From Mustelus asterias (lineage: Eukaryota): 64,000 nucleotides of DNA. Location of the stretch: NCBI RefSeq assembly GCF_964213995.1, contig NC_135808.1, forward strand, positions 13,516,001 through 13,580,000. The letters run 5' to 3'. Position numbers and translations under genes: made by a program. The notes under the pieces are model-generated. The model had not been told where the DNA came from, did no database searches, and saw nothing but the letters and a program-made list of their open reading frames with translations. The stretch's first letter is position 1, and each line of letters opens with the position of its first letter. Shown here one piece after another: positions 60,922 to 64,000 of the stretch.

Positions 60922-61292
60922 AAAGCAAATTACTGCGGATGCTGGAATCTGAAACAAAAACAGAAAATGCTGGAAAATCGCAGCAGGTCGGCCAGCATCT
61001 GTGGAGAGTGAGCAAAGCTGGTGTTTCAAATCTGAGTGGCTCTTCAGAGCTCATGACAAAAAAGTCATCCAGAGTTGAAACGTTAGCTCCTGGCCAGAAT
61101 TCTCCAAACTTGCCCATGGCTGGGATTCTCCAGTCCCACTGCAGTGAATGGAGATTCGGCCAAATTCTCCATTCTCGCTGGCAACAGTGGCGAGGTGTGA
61201 ACAGCCAGAGAACTCCAGCCATTAACCCTGCTTCTCTCTCCACAGATGCTGTCAGATCTGCTGAGATTTTCCAGCATTTTCTGTTTTTGTTC
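60922..61292. mobile_element. Foldback of the second PLE-type terminal repeat with a small MITE (61092-61220) inserted
   Basis: aaacagaaaatgctggaaaatcgcagcaggtc...catctgtggagag mirrored by ctctccacagatgctgtcagatctgctgagattttccagcattttctgttttt; related pieces at 60703-60792 and 63018-63170. Confidence 0.65.
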
Positions 61293-61419
61293 TAATAAAG
61301 CAACGTTTTCCAGCAGTTTTATATTTTATTCACCGTGATCATTGCTACTAAACAGCATCAAATCAAGATGTTGCCAAACAGCTTTGAAAACAAGTGATTA
61401 CCTATTACATTTGGTGTAG

Positions 61420-62295
61420 TCTGGTGAACTGGTGTGGCAAAAATAATCTCTCCCTCAATGTCAACAAAGTGAAGGAAATAGCCATCGACTTCAGGAAGGA
61501 GAACATGCTCCTGTCTACATCAATGGGGACGAAGTGGAAATGGTCGAGAGCTTCAAGTTTTTAGGTGTCCAGATCACCAACAACCTGTCCTGGTCTCCCC
61601 ATGCTGACACTATATTTAAGAAAGCCTACCAACGTCTCTACTTTCTCAGAAGACTAAGGAAATTTGGCACATCAGCTACGACTCACACCAACTTTTATAG
61701 AAGCAGCATAGAAAGCATTCTTTCTGGCTGTATCACAGGTTGGTATGGCTCCTGCTCTGCCCAAGACCACAAGAAACTACAAAAGGTCGTGAATGTAGCC
61801 CAATCCATCACACAAACCAGCCTCCCATCCACTGACTCTGTCTACACTTCCTGCTGCCTCAGCAAAGCAGCCAGCATAATTAAGGACCCCACGCACCCCG
61901 GACATTCTCTCTTCCACCTTCTTCTATCGGGAAAAAGATACAAAAGTCTGAGGTCACGTACCAAACGACTCAAGAACAGCTTCTTCCCTGCTGCCATCAG
62001 ACTTTTGAATGGACGTACCTTGCATTAAGTTGATCTATCACCAGGGTGATAGGGAGTGGGGTAGCATGATCTTGGTTTCAGATAAAGCTCGGCACAACAT
62101 CGTGAGCCGAAGGGCCTGTTCTGTGCTGTACTGTTCTATGTTGTATGTTTCTCTACACCATAGCTATGACTGTAACACTACATCCTGCACCCTCTCGTTT
62201 TCTTCTCTATGAACTGTATGCTCTGTATAATGTGCAAGAAACAATACTTTTCACTGTATGCTAATACACGTGACAACAATAAATCACATCAAATC
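61420..62295 (+). mobile_element. Rex1/Babar 3' part with a CR1 tail fragment (about 62040-62150) in its UTR
   Basis: ORF 61534-62028: KKAYQRLYFLRRLRKFG...KNSFFPAAIRLLN. Confidence 0.9.
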
Positions 62296-62615
62296 ATTTT
62301 AAACAGGTAAGCTGGAATATCGTGCGAACATTTTGGTTGCAATGTGCATTCAGGGAATTGCATGCTGATTAGCATATTAATAAGGGCGTTTGTTGTTTGC
62401 ACACTGAGTTTTTTCCAGTAAGTTTTGCTAGTTTCCTTATTTTCTATTGTTACATCTTACCCGAACACCTTTTATTTCTCTAATAGTGATTGAATAGAGA
62501 ATGTTTCCAGTTTCCACCAACCACTGTGTCCAAACGGGTTTCTTCTCGATGTCACTCCAGAATAGTCTATCTCTATTCTAAAATTTGCACTCCTTACTCT
62601 GAATTCCCGCTTCAG

Positions 62616-62937
62616 AGAATCATAGAATAGAATCATAGAATCTGTACAGTGCAGAAGGAGGCCATTTGGCCCAAAGAGACCGCACCGACCACAATCTCAC
62701 CCAGGCCCCATTCCTATAACCCCACATATTTACCCTGCTAATCCCCCTGTCACTAGGGTCAATTTAGCATGGCCAATCAACCCAACTTGCACATCTTTGG
62801 ACTGTGGAAGAAAACCAGAGCACCCGGAGGAAACCCACGCAGATTCCACACAGACATTGACCCAAGGCTAGAATTGAACCCGAGTCCTTGGCGCTGTGAG
62901 GAAGTGGTGCTAACTACTGTGCCACCGTGCTGCCCCC
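62616..62937 (-). mobile_element. HE1/V-SINE type A
   Basis: Full-length copy with small deletion. Confidence 0.9.
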
Positions 62938-63589
62938 TAAGGGTGTCGTTTCTCTGCCAATCCATTCACAATTTTAAACATCTCGATTAGATTACCCCTC
63001 AATGAAATAAAAGCCCCAAATACTGCAGATGGTGGAAATCTGAAACAAAGGGGCAGAATGTTGGAAATACTCAGCAAGCCAGGCAGAGTTGGCGAGGAGA
63101 GAACGATTTCTAGTCAATATGACTTCAGTTCTGAAGAAGAATCACATTCAGCTCGAATCGATTTGATTCCACTGACAATCTCAGGACTTAACTCCCATTA
63201 GTTTAAAGTCACAAAACACCTGCATTTTCATCAAAGAGTGAGGTTGTGAGAATTTACACGTTCGCACCTTTTTTCCTTTGTCTGCCAACCCAAAACTACT
63301 TTAGTTTGCAAAAGAACAATGACTGCACTTCAAAAATAGCAAACACCACAACCAATTTGTCCACAGACTATAACTTGGCTTTGTATAATGCCTTGCACAC
63401 CATTCAAGATATTTGCAAGTCCTTTACAGCTGATACTAAGCAGTTTCTGATCACGATTGTCATTCAGGAAATACAACAAACAATTTACAAACAGTAAGAT
63501 CCCACAAGTAGCATTGTGATCATGTCTGAATAATGCTGGTTGAGAATTAACGATTAGTCAGGGTCCCAGGGATATGTCCCTTGCATCTT

Positions 63590-63835
63590 ATCCTGGCTGG
63601 TCTCCAATATTCTACCCTCCATTAGCTTAAACTTATCAAAAACTCTGCTGCCTGTGTTTTAACTTTCAGCAAGTCCCCGTTCCTCTATTGCCCTTGTTCT
63701 CACTGACCTACACTGGCTCCCAGTCAAGAAATTTTAAAACTCTCATCCTTAATTTCAATTCCCTCCATGGCTTTCCATCCCTATCTGTGTAATCTCCTCT
63801 CGCTCCACAATCCTGAGATATTTATGCTACTCTCA
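63590..63835 (+). mobile_element. L2-clade LINE remnant
   Basis: LAGL...LIKNSAACVL...DLHWLPV...FKTLIL...SLHG motif typical of the L2 ORF2 C-terminus. Confidence 0.7.
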
Positions 63836-63844
63836 TTTTGATTT

Positions 63845-64000
63845 TTCTTTATTCATTCATGGGACATGGGCATCGCTGGCTGGCCAGCATTTATTGCTGT
63901 CCGTAGTTGCCCTTGTTCAGAGGGCAGTTGAGAGTCAACCACATTGTTGTGGGTCTGGAGTCACATGTAGGCCAGACCAGGTAAGGACGGCAGATTTCCT
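63845..64000 (-). mobile_element. SINE family 2, 3' part, runs off the window
   Basis: Reverse complement of the 20720-20860 sequence. Confidence 0.85.

Noticed and set aside
62461-62577. Possible minus-strand 117-bp exon (NRDRLFWSDIEKKPVW...IKGVR|gtaaga) as an upstream exon of the receptor
   Set aside because: Open in phase 0 but has a stop in the phase 1 frame the IgV exon needs; weak acceptor and not signal-peptide-like.

Overview
Eukaryotic, repeat-dense genomic DNA, almost certainly from a shark or other elasmobranch (inferred from about 21 HE1/V-SINE copies plus CR1, Rex1/Babar, Tx1, L2, Penelope-like, Gypsy/LTR and hAT remnants). One 163-nt N gap lies at 10476-10638. Most ORFs in the track are transposon fragments or noise. 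The main non-TE feature is a spliced minus-strand gene the ORF track misses. Four exons with canonical GT-AG sites and matching phases (57975-57583, 49225-49067, 44967-44888, 42754-42617) join into one open frame. It encodes a heavily N-glycosylated IgV domain lacking the canonical B-F disulfide (CD2/SLAM/CEACAM/HEPACAM type), a Ser/Thr-rich stalk, a TM helix without Lys/Arg/Asp/Glu, and a tail with an ITIM (LTYSFL) and an ITSM-like motif (TIYALA). This is a candidate inhibitory immune receptor with PD-1-like exon phasing; its leader exon was not found. The second notable system is a Penelope-like retroelement family whose terminal repeats carry minimal type I hammerhead ribozymes with compensatory stem changes between copies. 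It occurs as long inverted-flanked copies and as tiny foldback insertions with target-site duplications. Other oddities: a 248-bp apparently perfect inverted duplication, a ~0.9-kb G-quadruplex-type minisatellite, a ~1.9-kb foldback element, a Rex1-like tail on one SINE subfamily, and several nested insertions. All family names come from motif recognition by eye, not database searches, and TE boundaries are approximate.
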